64,000 bases of DNA from Syntrophorhabdaceae bacterium (GTDB lineage: Bacteria; Desulfobacterota; Syntrophorhabdia; Syntrophorhabdales; Syntrophorhabdaceae), in NCBI GenBank assembly GCA_963666485.2, contig CAXXUO010000009.1, forward strand, positions 288,001-352,000. The letters run 5' to 3'. This document shows, piece by piece, positions 9,218 through 19,338 of this stretch; the first letter of the stretch is position 1, and every line of letters begins with the position of its first letter. Made by a program: the position numbers and the translations under genes. Below the pieces are notes generated by a model that was not told the origin of the DNA, made no database searches, and saw only the letters and a list, made by a program, of their open reading frames with translations.

Positions 9218-9925
9218 ATGGGACCACAGCAGATTACGGAGATGATATGGCGCGTCGCGGGCCCTGATATGACGAATCCGAGGGACAGCGCCGTCTATTT
9301 GGTCGATGCCGGAGAGTCCGTCCTTATCGACTGCGGATCAGGACATGGCTTCGAGGGTATGCTCGTCAATATCAAAAAGGCGGGATTTCGGCCGGATGAT
9401 ATACGGACCCTCGTCATGACGCATTGCCACGCAGACCACATGGGCGCAGCGCCGCTTATGAGGTCCCGTTTCGGAACGAGGCTCGTCATGCATGAAAAGG
9501 ATGCGGAAATAGTCGAACGAGGCGATATACGGCTCACAGCCGCATTCTGCTTTGACGTTGACCTCAAACCCCTTCCCATTGATGTCAGGCTCGAGGGCGA
9601 TGCCGGGCGCCTTGAATTTAACGGCCATATTCTGCAATGGATTCACACCCCGGGGCACACACCCGGTTCGATCTCCCTGCATATGGATAAAGATGGCGAA
9701 AAGGTCCTTTTCGCCCAGGATATCGGGGCCCCGCTCCTTTCCGAATTCGATTGCGATCCAGCGGCCTGGCTTACGTCCCTGCAAAAGCTTCTCGCGCTCG
9801 AAGCCGACATACTGTGCGATGGCCACAGCGGGGCCTACGGCCCGAAAGATGTCGTCAGGCAATATCTCGAATATTGCCTCGCCTCGCAATACCAGAACGG
9901 TTATCTCGACGGCGTAAAACAGTAA
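9218..9925 (+). CDS. Metallo-beta-lactamase-fold hydrolase
   Basis: LIDCG, THCHADH (HxHxDH), HTPGHT, DGH. Confidence 0.88.
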   Translation: MGPQQITEMIWRVAGPDMTNPRDSAVYLVDAGESVLIDCGSGHGFEGMLVNIKKAGFRPDDIRTLVMTHCHADHMGAAPLMRSRFGTRLVMHEKDAEIVERGDIRLTAAFCFDVDLKPLPIDVRLEGDAGRLEFNGHILQWIHTPGHTPGSISLHMDKDGEKVLFAQDIGAPLLSEFDCDPAAWLTSLQKLLALEADILCDGHSGAYGPKDVVRQYLEYCLASQYQNGYLDGVKQ

Positions 9926-10203
9926 AAACAACCACCTTCCCTGTCATCCTTCGGCACGACGCTGAAGTCTGCAAAAGCATGACCCAATAATTGGCCGTTC
10001 CGCGACAGACACCCTGCACCCAATTGCTTATTCTATGTGTAATGAACAGGAGATCGGAAGGCTATTCTTGCTTCGGCACTGACGTCAATCTCCGGACTGC
10101 AATATGTCCTGCCAGGCCCAAGCGCCGGCCGGAAGGAGGTGCGGTACAAACTTCAACAGGGCCAGAAAAGGTCGGCAACAAAAATTTTTCATAAAAAGGA
10201 GAG

Positions 10204-10686
10204 ATGATTATGAAAAGGGCAGTCTTGTTATCGGTGGCAGTCATATGTGCAGCGGTGTTCTTATTCCTCGCCTCGGGAAATGTTATGGCCCAGATGACAT
10301 CGGGGGCCGTTCCCGACATGCCTGACAACCCCTGGGTCGCGCATTACAAAGCAGGTGAAATGATGATGACCGAGGCTCAGAAAACGATCCAGAGATGCAA
10401 TGAGCAGATCGCAACTGCCGAAATGATGAAAAAAGAGGCCCAGGAAGGCCGGGCAAAGGCCCAGATCACGGGCGGCACGAAAAGGGCCGACTCGAAGGCT
10501 GGCGGCGCGGCAGACCAGCCCGGGTATCCGTATCTGAGTCAGGAACAGGCAGCCGACCAGATGATAGCAGACGCCAGGATGACCATTCAACGGTGTGAAT
10601 TGCAGATGAAGCAGGGAGCGAAAATGAGAGATGAAGCGGCGGCGCAGTTAAGGGCCATGGGCGTAAGCGGTCCATGGGGTAGATAA
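10204..10686 (+). CDS. Hypothetical exported Met/Ala-rich helical protein with an internal duplication
   Basis: AGGAGAG RBS, signal peptide, two repeats centred on TIQRC. Confidence 0.75.
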   Translation: MIMKRAVLLSVAVICAAVFLFLASGNVMAQMTSGAVPDMPDNPWVAHYKAGEMMMTEAQKTIQRCNEQIATAEMMKKEAQEGRAKAQITGGTKRADSKAGGAADQPGYPYLSQEQAADQMIADARMTIQRCELQMKQGAKMRDEAAAQLRAMGVSGPWGR

Positions 10687-10809
10687 GGGCCGGTACCCCC
10701 GATGGACTTGAGCGTATAAACCGCTTCCACGTTAGGATTACAGGGAGGAGCCGATCTCTTTCGGGGACGTGCTTCTCCCTTTCATTATGCTGCACACGAG
10801 GTAGGGCGC

Positions 10810-11436
10810 ATGGATGAGAAAGCGAGAAAGGTAGTCCTGCTATGGGCCGCATTCTTCTTCATTATGGTTTCGTGGCATGTCATGGCAGAAGCCACAATGT
10901 ATGCCCAGGCGGTCACTGACAAACTATATTCCGATGAAAAGACCAGGTTCCCCGACCTCAAACTCCCGGTCCCCGGGGATAAGACGGAAATGGAATACCT
11001 CGGGCTAACAGGAAAGGACACTTTCAGGATCGGAGATATACGTGCCGAGATCGTCATTATCGAGGTATTCAGCTTCTATTGTCCTACCTGCCGGGCCCAG
11101 GCCCCGCGTGTAGAGGAACTTTACAATAGTATCCAGGCTGACCCCGGGTTGAGAGACCGGGTTAAAATGATCGGCATAGCTGCCACCAACAGTCCTTTTG
11201 AAGCGAGGTCGTTCAAGGAATCGTATCACGTGCCTTTTCCGGTCTTTTCCGACGACGATAGCGAGATCGCCGTTACGTTGAACGTGAAATATACCCCGAC
11301 TTTCATCGGCGTACGGGTGAACGGGAAGGGGTCGCAGGAACAGTTTTACTGGAGGCCCGGAGCATTCACGAACCCCTCGCAGTTCTTGCAAGAGATCCTG
11401 AAAACATCAGGAACGGGGTTAAATAAAGGCAACTGA
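10810..11436 (+). CDS. Exported TlpA/thioredoxin-fold redoxin
   Basis: N-terminal signal or anchor, EVFSFYCPTC (CxxC), cis-Pro motif YTPTF. Confidence 0.85.
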   Translation: MDEKARKVVLLWAAFFFIMVSWHVMAEATMYAQAVTDKLYSDEKTRFPDLKLPVPGDKTEMEYLGLTGKDTFRIGDIRAEIVIIEVFSFYCPTCRAQAPRVEELYNSIQADPGLRDRVKMIGIAATNSPFEARSFKESYHVPFPVFSDDDSEIAVTLNVKYTPTFIGVRVNGKGSQEQFYWRPGAFTNPSQFLQEILKTSGTGLNKGN

Positions 11437-11448
11437 TAGAGGCCCGTT

Positions 11449-11991
11449 CTATTCTTCCAGATCTATCTCCGCATTAAAGACTATGTCCACGGTCTTGCCC
11501 ACCATAAACCCGCCGTCCTCGATCCCGACGTTCCACATCATACCGAAATCTTCGCGATCGATAGACGTTGCCGCCCGGAACCCGAAGGTCGTATACGTTT
11601 GCTTCAGTTCATCGTCATAAAATTTCGACGGTCCGAGAAAGTCGGCCCTGAACGTGACGGGAAGCGTTATTCCGTGCATCGTGAGATCGCCGGTTATGAT
11701 GATATTATTGAGGGCAACAATATCAACCGCACTGCTCTTGAAGGTTATGGCGGGAAAATTCGCGGCATCAAAAAAATCGGCGCTCCTGAGGTGATTGTCC
11801 CGCCGCTCGACACCGGTATAGAGCCCCGCCGTGGCGATCTCGACCTCAACAGACATACTGCCCGGATCCGCAGGATCAAACTCTACGGACCCTTTCACTG
11901 AATTGAACTGCCCGTGGACCGGCGTGACCATCATATGGTGCACCGTAAATTCCGCAACTGCATGGTCCGGATCAATGATCCATTTCGCCAT
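11449..11991 (-). CDS. YceI family protein
   Basis: WIIDPDH, RRDNHLRSADFFDAANFPAITF, GDLTMHGIT, IDREDFG; GGAGG RBS. Confidence 0.92.
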   Translation of the reverse strand: MAKWIIDPDHAVAEFTVHHMMVTPVHGQFNSVKGSVEFDPADPGSMSVEVEIATAGLYTGVERRDNHLRSADFFDAANFPAITFKSSAVDIVALNNIIITGDLTMHGITLPVTFRADFLGPSKFYDDELKQTYTTFGFRAATSIDREDFGMMWNVGIEDGGFMVGKTVDIVFNAEIDLEE

Positions 11992-12009
11992 ATCGTCCTC
12001 CTTTATAAT

Positions 12010-12125
12010 CGTAAGGCGTGAGGCGTGAGGCGTAGAAAAGACCAATAAATTCTGCCGTAATGTACCCGGCTCTCAGCACTGGCATTTTTTCGCTTTTAAC
12101 GCCTTACGCCTTACGCCTTACGTTT
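12010..12125. repeat. Two inverted short heptamer arrays, AGGCGTR and TACGCCT
   Basis: Three AGGCGTR units at 12014-12034 and three (A/T)ACGCCT units at 12098-12118. Confidence 0.7.
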
Positions 12126-13606
12126 TTCACAATATTCCTCACCGCTATCCTTCCCGAGCAAAGCGCGAAACTGCTTGCCGAACCCTCCGCGAGAAGATCG
12201 TAGGTGCTGTCGTAGAGGCCGCCCATGTCCTGACCTGTCACATAAAGACCGGGGATAATTTCGCCGTCGGGCCTCAAGGCCTGCATGTGCCTGTTGACGA
12301 CGACCCCGCCGAGGGTCAGGAAAAAAGCGCGCAGTCCTTTCAGCGCATAGTACGGCCCTTTCTTCACATCGAATCTTATAAGGTGCTCCGGTCTGCGATT
12401 GAAATCCGGGTCGTGTTTCTGATCTGCGTACCGGTTAATGGTTTCGATGGTATCACGGAGTTTTTCCGGCCTGATCCCTATCTTCTCCGCCAGTTCTCCG
12501 ATCGTGTCGGCCTTGAAGGTAAAACCGGATGCGATGCCCTTCATGATACCCTTCTCCAGGGCCGTCATTTTTTGTCCCGGGACGACAATGGCATTAAACG
12601 GGGTCAGAGGGCCGTTATCCTCCATATACCGCTTCATGGCCTCATCAAAGATCGACCACATGAGTCCGCCATTCGATGTCATCGCATTGTACACATCACT
12701 GAAGACGGAACCGAAGGATTCATTGTAGAAACGCTCGCCCTGACGGTTCACCCACAGGAACGGCTGGCTCAAGGCGCAGCGCATCTGTTTCATGTGGTCC
12801 GGCCCGCTGAATTGCCGGATGGCCGGCTCGTCATCGAGATAAGGGCTGTTTCCCGCGAGGGTCCCCATACCGGCAAGAGCGGCATGTGTGCGCGCAGCCA
12901 TGGTGATCCCGTCCCCGGTCCTGCCGTCGACGGCGGGGCCCCGGTACATGAGCTTCGCCATGCCGGGGGCACTGACATCGGGCACCCATTTCTTGAGCAT
13001 CTCCTTGTTGCTGGCAAAGCCTCCGGTTGCAATGATAACGGCCTTCGCGCGGACGGTCAATTGCGCGCCGTCCGCCTTTTGGGCCTTTATCCCGGTGACC
13101 ATACCTTCAGCATTCATCAATAATCTTTTTACCGGGGCGTTCGTCAGGACCGGGACGCCGCGTTCCCTGACGTGTTGTGACAATACCTTCACCAGCCTCG
13201 TCCCGCCGCCTTCAAAGATATGCCAGACATGGAGGCTCTTTTCGGGGGGGAACATGGTCCTGATATTCTTGATCGTCATTCCGAGGTCAGTCAGCCGGTC
13301 TATCATCGGGCCTGATTCGTTCAGAAGGGCGCGTATGACGGGTGCATTACAGCGCCAGTGGTGGAATTCCATCACCTTGGAGAAAACCTGGTCGACCGTT
13401 GTGGTGATGCCGTTCTCTTTCTGGTAGCGGGTCTCTATGCCCAGTGAACCTTCCGGAAAAAGACCGGCGCCCCCGACAAAAGGCATCTTTTCGAGAAGTA
13501 TTGCTTTCAGGCCCCCCTCGGCCGCGGCGAGGGCCGCTGAAAGCCCGCTCAAACCGCCGCCGGCAATCACGACATCAACATGGTGTGTCTGACTTTTTTT
13601 ATTCAT
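12104..13606 (-). CDS. FAD-dependent oxidoreductase (flavocytochrome c / fumarate reductase flavoprotein-like)
   Basis: GGGLSG dinucleotide motif, VIIATGGF, TGDGI, WVNRQGERFYNE, TLGGV, IPGLYVTG; no signal peptide. Confidence 0.88.
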   Translation of the reverse strand: MNKKSQTHHVDVVIAGGGLSGLSAALAAAEGGLKAILLEKMPFVGGAGLFPEGSLGIETRYQKENGITTTVDQVFSKVMEFHHWRCNAPVIRALLNESGPMIDRLTDLGMTIKNIRTMFPPEKSLHVWHIFEGGGTRLVKVLSQHVRERGVPVLTNAPVKRLLMNAEGMVTGIKAQKADGAQLTVRAKAVIIATGGFASNKEMLKKWVPDVSAPGMAKLMYRGPAVDGRTGDGITMAARTHAALAGMGTLAGNSPYLDDEPAIRQFSGPDHMKQMRCALSQPFLWVNRQGERFYNESFGSVFSDVYNAMTSNGGLMWSIFDEAMKRYMEDNGPLTPFNAIVVPGQKMTALEKGIMKGIASGFTFKADTIGELAEKIGIRPEKLRDTIETINRYADQKHDPDFNRRPEHLIRFDVKKGPYYALKGLRAFFLTLGGVVVNRHMQALRPDGEIIPGLYVTGQDMGGLYDSTYDLLAEGSASSFALCSGRIAVRNIVKNVRRKA

Positions 13607-13761
13607 TTCCCAACAATCTCTTTATGCGATTAATTTGTCTGTTGGACATAGTTCCAGTATACCGCATATTGATCATGGTTGCATTAGATCAAAGGGAAGT
13701 TTTGATGGGAAGAGAGCTTTATTCGTTCTGACTACGGGTTGTTCGCTTCAGTTACGGGTAT

Positions 13762-13792
13762 CGTCACCCCGGTGCTTGACACCGGAATGACG
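13762..13792. repeat. Single REP-like hairpin (CGTCA...TGACG family)
   Basis: CGTCA-CC-CCGGTG-CTTGA-CACCGG-AA-TGACG; same termini as the elements at 35284 and 45843. Confidence 0.5.
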
Positions 13793-13882
13793 GCCGGGGG
13801 GATCGAACGTTGTCAGGGTAGCTGGATTGGACGACGGCGGTAATAGATTATCGGGTCATCAACCGGTATTATGTACAACGTA

Positions 13883-14311
13883 TTATATGGAATAGACTTC
13901 CTTTCCAAGTGTTTTCACCCAATTCTGCCCCAACACCTTCTGCGCCTCCTCGGTCCTGTCGCAGCCGAGGATAACGATGGCATTGCCGGATACCCTGCCA
14001 AGGTGGGGGTACAGATAATGGACGTTAATGCCGGCAGCCCTGAGCGGCTTCAAGACGGCGAGCAGGCCGCCCGGATGGTCGGGTGTCTCGACGGCGAGAA
14101 CGTCGGTCTCCCGGGGGTTGAAACCGTTGCCCTTGAGGATGTTCTTAGCTTTTTCGGGGTCATCGACAACGAAGCGGACCGTGCTGATGTCCGATGTATC
14201 TGCAACGGAGATCGCCCGGATATTGACGCCTTCCCGTCCAAGGAGTTCGCTGACATGGGACAGTGCGCCGGGCACGTTTTCCAGGCTTATCGACAATTGG
14301 GTTATAAGCAT
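13883..14311 (-). CDS. Tandem ACT domain protein
   Basis: QLSISLENVPGAL..GVNIRAISVADT..DHPGGL, two ACT units. Confidence 0.88.
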   Translation of the reverse strand: MLITQLSISLENVPGALSHVSELLGREGVNIRAISVADTSDISTVRFVVDDPEKAKNILKGNGFNPRETDVLAVETPDHPGGLLAVLKPLRAAGINVHYLYPHLGRVSGNAIVILGCDRTEEAQKVLGQNWVKTLGKEVYSI

Positions 14312-14316
14312 CGCAA

Positions 14317-14856
14317 TTACTCCTTGACGAAATTGAACCCCATTTGGAGGGCTTCTTTGTTTAATTTTATCAGCTTGGCCTTTCCTTCGCCGAGCAGTTC
14401 GGCGAGATTCTTTATCATGGCCTCGAATGAGATGATGCTGCTCGCTTTTATCAGTGCGCCAAGCATGATCATGTTGGCGACCTTGGTAGTACCGATCTGT
14501 TCTGCCAGTTCCGTTGTCGGTATCGAAAGCACTTCGATGTCGCTCCGCGCCGCGTCTGTGTTCACGAGTGAAGCGTTCACGCAGATAAGCCCGCCGGACG
14601 ACAGGATGTTCTGGAACCTGTTAAACGAGGGCTGGTTCATCGCCACGACAAATTCGGGTTCAGAAGCGACGGGGGAAGCGATCTCCTCATCGGAGACAAC
14701 GACGGTACAGTTCGCTGTGCCGCCGCGGACCTCCACGCCGTACGAGGGGAGATATGTAACGTATTTCCCTTCGAGCATCGCGGCGTTCGCAAGGGTGAAA
14801 CCCATCGAAAGGACGCCCTGCCCGCCAAAACCTGAAAATATAGTTCGTGTCATCAT
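14317..14856 (-). CDS. 2-oxoacid:ferredoxin oxidoreductase gamma subunit
   Basis: FSGFGGQGVL, PSYGVEVRGGTANC, NMIMLGA. Confidence 0.92.
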   Translation of the reverse strand: MMTRTIFSGFGGQGVLSMGFTLANAAMLEGKYVTYLPSYGVEVRGGTANCTVVVSDEEIASPVASEPEFVVAMNQPSFNRFQNILSSGGLICVNASLVNTDAARSDIEVLSIPTTELAEQIGTTKVANMIMLGALIKASSIISFEAMIKNLAELLGEGKAKLIKLNKEALQMGFNFVKE

Positions 14857-15590
14857 AATTTATCTTTCACCACTCCAAGCGGGAATTGTTTTGCCATCAC
14901 ATCGTCAATCCACCGGCACGACTCGACCGGCCCCATTTTCCAGTTCGTGGGACAGGGGGAGAGGATCTCGACGAGGGAGAAGCCTTTTCCGTCGAGCTGG
15001 CACTGAAATGCCTTCTTGATAGCTTTTTTTGCCTTGACCACAGCCGCCGGCTTGTTCACTGTGACGCGCTCAAGGTATGTCGTTCCGTCGAGCATGGAAA
15101 ATACCTCACAGATCCTCACGGGGTGGCCTGCGATAATGGGGTCCCTGCCTTCCGGCGTTGTGGTGGTAACCTGGTCGGTGAGGGTTGTCGGCGCCATCTG
15201 CCCGCCTGTCATTCCATACACGCCATTATTGACGAAAATGACCGTGATCGGCTCGCCGCGATTCGCCGCATGGAAACCCTCGGCGGTACCGATCGCCGCA
15301 AGGTCGCCGTCCCCCTGATAGGAAAAAACGAGGTTGTCGGGCCGCACTCTCTTAATGCCGGTCGCAACCGCCGCACCGCGGCCGTGGGCCGATTCCAGCG
15401 TATCGATATCAAAATAGTTGTACACGAGCATGCCGCATCCGGCGGGAGCGACGCAGATGGCCTTCTCGCGAAGCCCCATCTCCTCGATCACTTCCATGAG
15501 AAGCCGGTTGATGATGCCGTGCCCGCACCCCGGGCAATAATGGAAGTGGGCCTCTTTCATCGTCTTCGGTCGGGTATACACTTTCTTCAT
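14853..15590 (-). CDS. 2-oxoacid:ferredoxin oxidoreductase beta (TPP-binding) subunit
   Basis: HYCPGCGHG, HGRG, YQGDGDL, NNGVYGMTGGQMAPT, SPCPTNW. Confidence 0.92.
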   Translation of the reverse strand: MKKVYTRPKTMKEAHFHYCPGCGHGIINRLLMEVIEEMGLREKAICVAPAGCGMLVYNYFDIDTLESAHGRGAAVATGIKRVRPDNLVFSYQGDGDLAAIGTAEGFHAANRGEPITVIFVNNGVYGMTGGQMAPTTLTDQVTTTTPEGRDPIIAGHPVRICEVFSMLDGTTYLERVTVNKPAAVVKAKKAIKKAFQCQLDGKGFSLVEILSPCPTNWKMGPVESCRWIDDVMAKQFPLGVVKDKL

Positions 15591-16657
15591 GACTGCTTCC
15601 TTCGGGATGCCGTGTAATAGTGGCGCCCAATGATGCGGTAGAGCTCGACCGGCGTCGGGATGACACCGCCCGGCCTGCCATAAAAATGGATATGCCCTTT
15701 ACCTGCGAGGGCAAGCCTGACATCCTCGATCAGCTGGCCGGCACTCATCTCGAAAACGAAAAATTCATGAACCGTCTTCGCAAGTTCCTGGAGTATCGGG
15801 GCCGGAAAGGGCCATGCGGTGATCGGCCGCACCATGCCGACCTTCAAATTCTCCTGGCGGAGCCGCTTTATGGCGCCCTTTGCGATCCTTGCGCCGATCC
15901 CGTAGGCAACGACGATCATTTCGGCGTCGTCGACGAGGAAGGTCTCGTACCGTACCTCGTTCTGCTCCATCCTCTGGTATTTCCTGACAAGTTTCCAGTT
16001 ATGCTCTTCCTCTTCTTTGGTATCGAACAGAAGCGACCGGACCATGCGGGAAGGCCTCCCCTTTGCGCCGGTAAGCACGTAATCTTTCGGATACTCTTTC
16101 GGGGGAGTGATATTGTCGAAATCCACCGGTTCCATCATCTGGCCCAGCATGCCGTCACCGAGTATAACGACCGGGTTCCGGTACTGGTCGGCCAGGTCGA
16201 AGGCAAGCGGGATAACCTCGGTAAGCTCCTGCACGGACCCCGGGGCGAGCACGATAGTCTTGTAGTCGCCATGTCCTCCGCCGCGCGTTGCCTGCAGGTA
16301 ATCCGACTGCGCCGGCGAGATATTTCCCATGCCGGGCCCTCCCCTGACCATATCGACGACGACTGCGGGCAACTCGTCGGCAGCCAGGTAGCTGATGCCT
16401 TCCTGCTTGAGGCTCATGCCGGGGCTGCTCGATGATGTCATGGCGCGCGCGCCCGCGACAGATGCGCCGAGGACCATGTTGATCGCCGCTATTTCGCTCT
16501 CGGACTGGATAAAGACCCTGCCGAGCTCGGTCATCCTCTTCGCCATGTACTCGGTCAGTTCGTTCTGCGGCGTGATCGGGTAACCGAAATAGCACATGCA
16601 GCCGGATAAGATCGCCGCCTCTCCAAGGGCGGCATTGCCGCTCATCAGCTTTTTCAA
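15587..16657 (-). CDS. 2-oxoacid:ferredoxin oxidoreductase alpha subunit (VorB-like)
   Basis: TTG start overlapping the upstream stop; GYPITPQ, QSESEIAA, TSSSSPG, RGGGHGD. Confidence 0.92.
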   Translation of the reverse strand: MKKLMSGNAALGEAAILSGCMCYFGYPITPQNELTEYMAKRMTELGRVFIQSESEIAAINMVLGASVAGARAMTSSSSPGMSLKQEGISYLAADELPAVVVDMVRGGPGMGNISPAQSDYLQATRGGGHGDYKTIVLAPGSVQELTEVIPLAFDLADQYRNPVVILGDGMLGQMMEPVDFDNITPPKEYPKDYVLTGAKGRPSRMVRSLLFDTKEEEEHNWKLVRKYQRMEQNEVRYETFLVDDAEMIVVAYGIGARIAKGAIKRLRQENLKVGMVRPITAWPFPAPILQELAKTVHEFFVFEMSAGQLIEDVRLALAGKGHIHFYGRPGGVIPTPVELYRIIGRHYYTASRRKQS

Positions 16658-16863
16658 GTTTTCATCACCTCTATAGCCACTTCGGGACACATGACAGCAC
16701 ACGTGGCGCATCCCGTACATTCTTTCCCGTCGTCAAAAGCAGCGACGAAATAACCCTTCGCATTGAGCCTGTCCGAGATCGCAATCACTTTCTTCGGGCA
16801 GAACTCAATGCAGAGGGCACACCCTTTGCACCGTTCCGGATCAATACTGATTGTGCCTTTCAT
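16654..16863 (-). CDS. 2[4Fe-4S] ferredoxin-like delta subunit
   Basis: CKGCALCIEFCP and CTGCATCAVMCP. Confidence 0.92.
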   Translation of the reverse strand: MKGTISIDPERCKGCALCIEFCPKKVIAISDRLNAKGYFVAAFDDGKECTGCATCAVMCPEVAIEVMKT

Positions 16864-17114
16864 GGAAAAATTAACACCTCTCGAATTTGGAAAGCCTTTA
16901 AGATTAGCGTACTGCAAATATCGTTGTCAACTTTTTTGTCGATCATGTTTACCATCCCGCGGGAACGCCCGGGAACCTTTCCACGGGGGTCGAACACTTA
17001 AGATAATAAAGGATGAAAAAGCGGATAATTTTTATCAACAATGTCGCCTAAATCCTTAAATGATGGAACAATTTTATTGATTTTATGGTCTTATCTGTCT
17101 TAAGGTTTTATAAA

Positions 17115-18014
17115 ATGGAAATAAGGCTACTCGAGACGTTTCTCAAGATCGCTGAACTCAAGAGTTTCACGCGGGCTGCCGACGAGCTTTGCATAACCCA
17201 ACCCACCGTAAGCAAGCAGATAGTCGATCTGGAGCAATTTTTTAACGTAAGGCTGATAGACAGGACCAAGCGGACAGTGACCCTGACAAAGGCCGGCGAG
17301 ATCCTGTATCAGTACGCCCTCGAGATGATGCGCCTGAAAAAAGACACGATCGAGGCCATCGCCTCGTTCCGCGGGCTCAAGAAAGGGAAGATGACCCTCG
17401 GGGCAAGCACGATCCCCGGAATATACATTATGCCCCGCCTGCTCTCAGATTTTAAGAAACGGTATGAAGGGATCACGTTCGAGCTCATCATTGCCGATAC
17501 AAAAGAGATCATCGAAAAAATGGAGAACGGCCTTCTCGATTTCGGGATAGTCGGGTCGAGAACCGAAACAGGCAAGGTCGATTTCAAGAAACTGATAGAT
17601 GACACGATCGTGTTCATCGGGCCGCGGGAGTTTCCCGACCACATCACGGTCGAGCAGTTAAGTCAGACCCCGCTCATTGCCCGCGAACGCGGTTCCGGTA
17701 CGCGCAACACCGTGGAGGCGGCGTTGTCAAAGATACGGGCGCTCGAGAGGAAAGGCCTCAATATAACGGCGGAACTCTCGGACAATGAAGCTATAAAGCA
17801 GGCCGTTATGTCGGGGCTCGGCATGGCCTACATATCAAAACTGGCCGTCGAGGGCCTTATCCGTGACGGTATGGTGAAGAAGGTGGTTATTGAAGGGTTC
17901 CCCGATGTAAAACGGTCCTTCTTCATGATCACCCGAAAAGGAAAGACGATCCTTCCGCAAGTGAAGGTGCTTATGGAAATAATTGACAAATGGAGAAAGC
18001 ATGAAAAGAAATAA
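17115..18014 (+). CDS. LysR family transcriptional regulator (CysL / selenium-metabolism-associated type)
   Basis: HTH SFTRAADELCITQPTVSKQI, GASTIPG, RERGSGTR. Confidence 0.92.
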   Translation: MEIRLLETFLKIAELKSFTRAADELCITQPTVSKQIVDLEQFFNVRLIDRTKRTVTLTKAGEILYQYALEMMRLKKDTIEAIASFRGLKKGKMTLGASTIPGIYIMPRLLSDFKKRYEGITFELIIADTKEIIEKMENGLLDFGIVGSRTETGKVDFKKLIDDTIVFIGPREFPDHITVEQLSQTPLIARERGSGTRNTVEAALSKIRALERKGLNITAELSDNEAIKQAVMSGLGMAYISKLAVEGLIRDGMVKKVVIEGFPDVKRSFFMITRKGKTILPQVKVLMEIIDKWRKHEKK

Positions 18015-19290
18015 TGTTCTCATGATGGCGATCGCCCTGACTTTGATCATGGTCTGCGCGAGTGCCGCCAATGCAAAAGTCTATCTTGATGTCTACGGTA
18101 CGACATTCAAAAAGATAACGATCGGCATCCCTGCATTTAAGAGTGAAAAGCTTGACAAATCGACCGCCGATATGAGCGATGTCCTGAACCGGGACCTCGA
18201 CCTTTCAGGCTTTTTCATTACGGCCCCGGCGTCCCTCATCGATAAAGAGCTCATAAACGAAGGCATCGAAAAATCAGAGGTCAAATTCGCCTCGTGGCGT
18301 TCCATAGGCATCGACCTCGTCTGCAAGGCGCGCGTCCAGGTGGCGGGGGGAGAATTGACCCTGGAGGCCTTCGTGTATGATACCCTTGACGGATCGATCA
18401 TGCTGGCAAAACGGTATAAGGCAAAAACCGGCGAGGCGAGGCGCGTGGTGCACAGGCTGGCTGACGATATCATCTTCGCAGCCACCGGCGAAAAAGGTAT
18501 CTGCAGCTCCCGGATACTCTTCACGGCCGGCCGCCGGAGCCTGAAAGAGGTTTACATCTCCGATTTCGACGGGCAGAACGTGAGCCGCCTTACAAATTAC
18601 CGGAGCATCACGGTTTCACCGTCACTGTCCCCGAATGGGAAATACCTTGCCTATACATCGTATAAGGAGGGAAGGCCGAACCTGTACGTCACCGATTTCG
18701 ATCACAAGGGCGAGATATTCGTCGACCGTTCGGAAGGGATGAAGATCGGCACGGCCTGGCTCAATAACTCAACACTGGTCTATTCTCACACATCCGGCAG
18801 GACATCGACGATATATGCTTTTGACGTCGGAAGCCGCAGCAAGAGGGTCATTCTCCAGAGAGACGGCATCCTTACCTCGCCTACCGTGTCAGCAGACGGG
18901 TCGCGGCTCGTCTTTGTATCGGACATGTACGGAACGCCGCAGATATTCTCGAAGGGCCTGCCTTCGGGCGAGATAAAACGGCTCACGTATAGCGGAAAAT
19001 ATAACAGCGCCCCCTCGTACTCGCCCAAGGGCGACCTCATTGCGTTCATTTGCAACGTGGGGAGCTTCGAGGTGTGCACAATGAACTCTGACGGGTCCAA
19101 CCAGAGGGTCCTGACGAATGACGGCTCCGTCAATGATTCGCCCCAGTTCTCAACGTGCGGGCGCTACATCATCTACACGTCGATGAAGGGCGGAGTCAAC
19201 AAGGTAAACGTCATGCTGTTCAACGGCGAAAATAAAAGGACATTGCGTTTTACCGATTTCGCGGAGGAACAGCCTAAATTCGTTCCGTAA
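18001..19290 (+). CDS. tolB: TolB beta-propeller protein
   Basis: Signal peptide, TolB N-domain (DLDLSGFF, HRLADDII), PD40 repeats (SPNGKYLAYTSY, SPKGDLIAF); adjacent to pal. Confidence 0.9.
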   Translation: MKRNNVLMMAIALTLIMVCASAANAKVYLDVYGTTFKKITIGIPAFKSEKLDKSTADMSDVLNRDLDLSGFFITAPASLIDKELINEGIEKSEVKFASWRSIGIDLVCKARVQVAGGELTLEAFVYDTLDGSIMLAKRYKAKTGEARRVVHRLADDIIFAATGEKGICSSRILFTAGRRSLKEVYISDFDGQNVSRLTNYRSITVSPSLSPNGKYLAYTSYKEGRPNLYVTDFDHKGEIFVDRSEGMKIGTAWLNNSTLVYSHTSGRTSTIYAFDVGSRSKRVILQRDGILTSPTVSADGSRLVFVSDMYGTPQIFSKGLPSGEIKRLTYSGKYNSAPSYSPKGDLIAFICNVGSFEVCTMNSDGSNQRVLTNDGSVNDSPQFSTCGRYIIYTSMKGGVNKVNVMLFNGENKRTLRFTDFAEEQPKFVP

Positions 19291-19338
19291 AGGGAACAAA
19301 CAAACAGATAGATGAAGAAACACGCGGGAGGATGTAGA

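Noticed and set aside
10040..10200. Possible riboswitch in the leader of the TIQRC protein
   Set aside because: Some stem potential and glycine-riboswitch-like words, but no recognisable aptamer core; needs an Rfam search.
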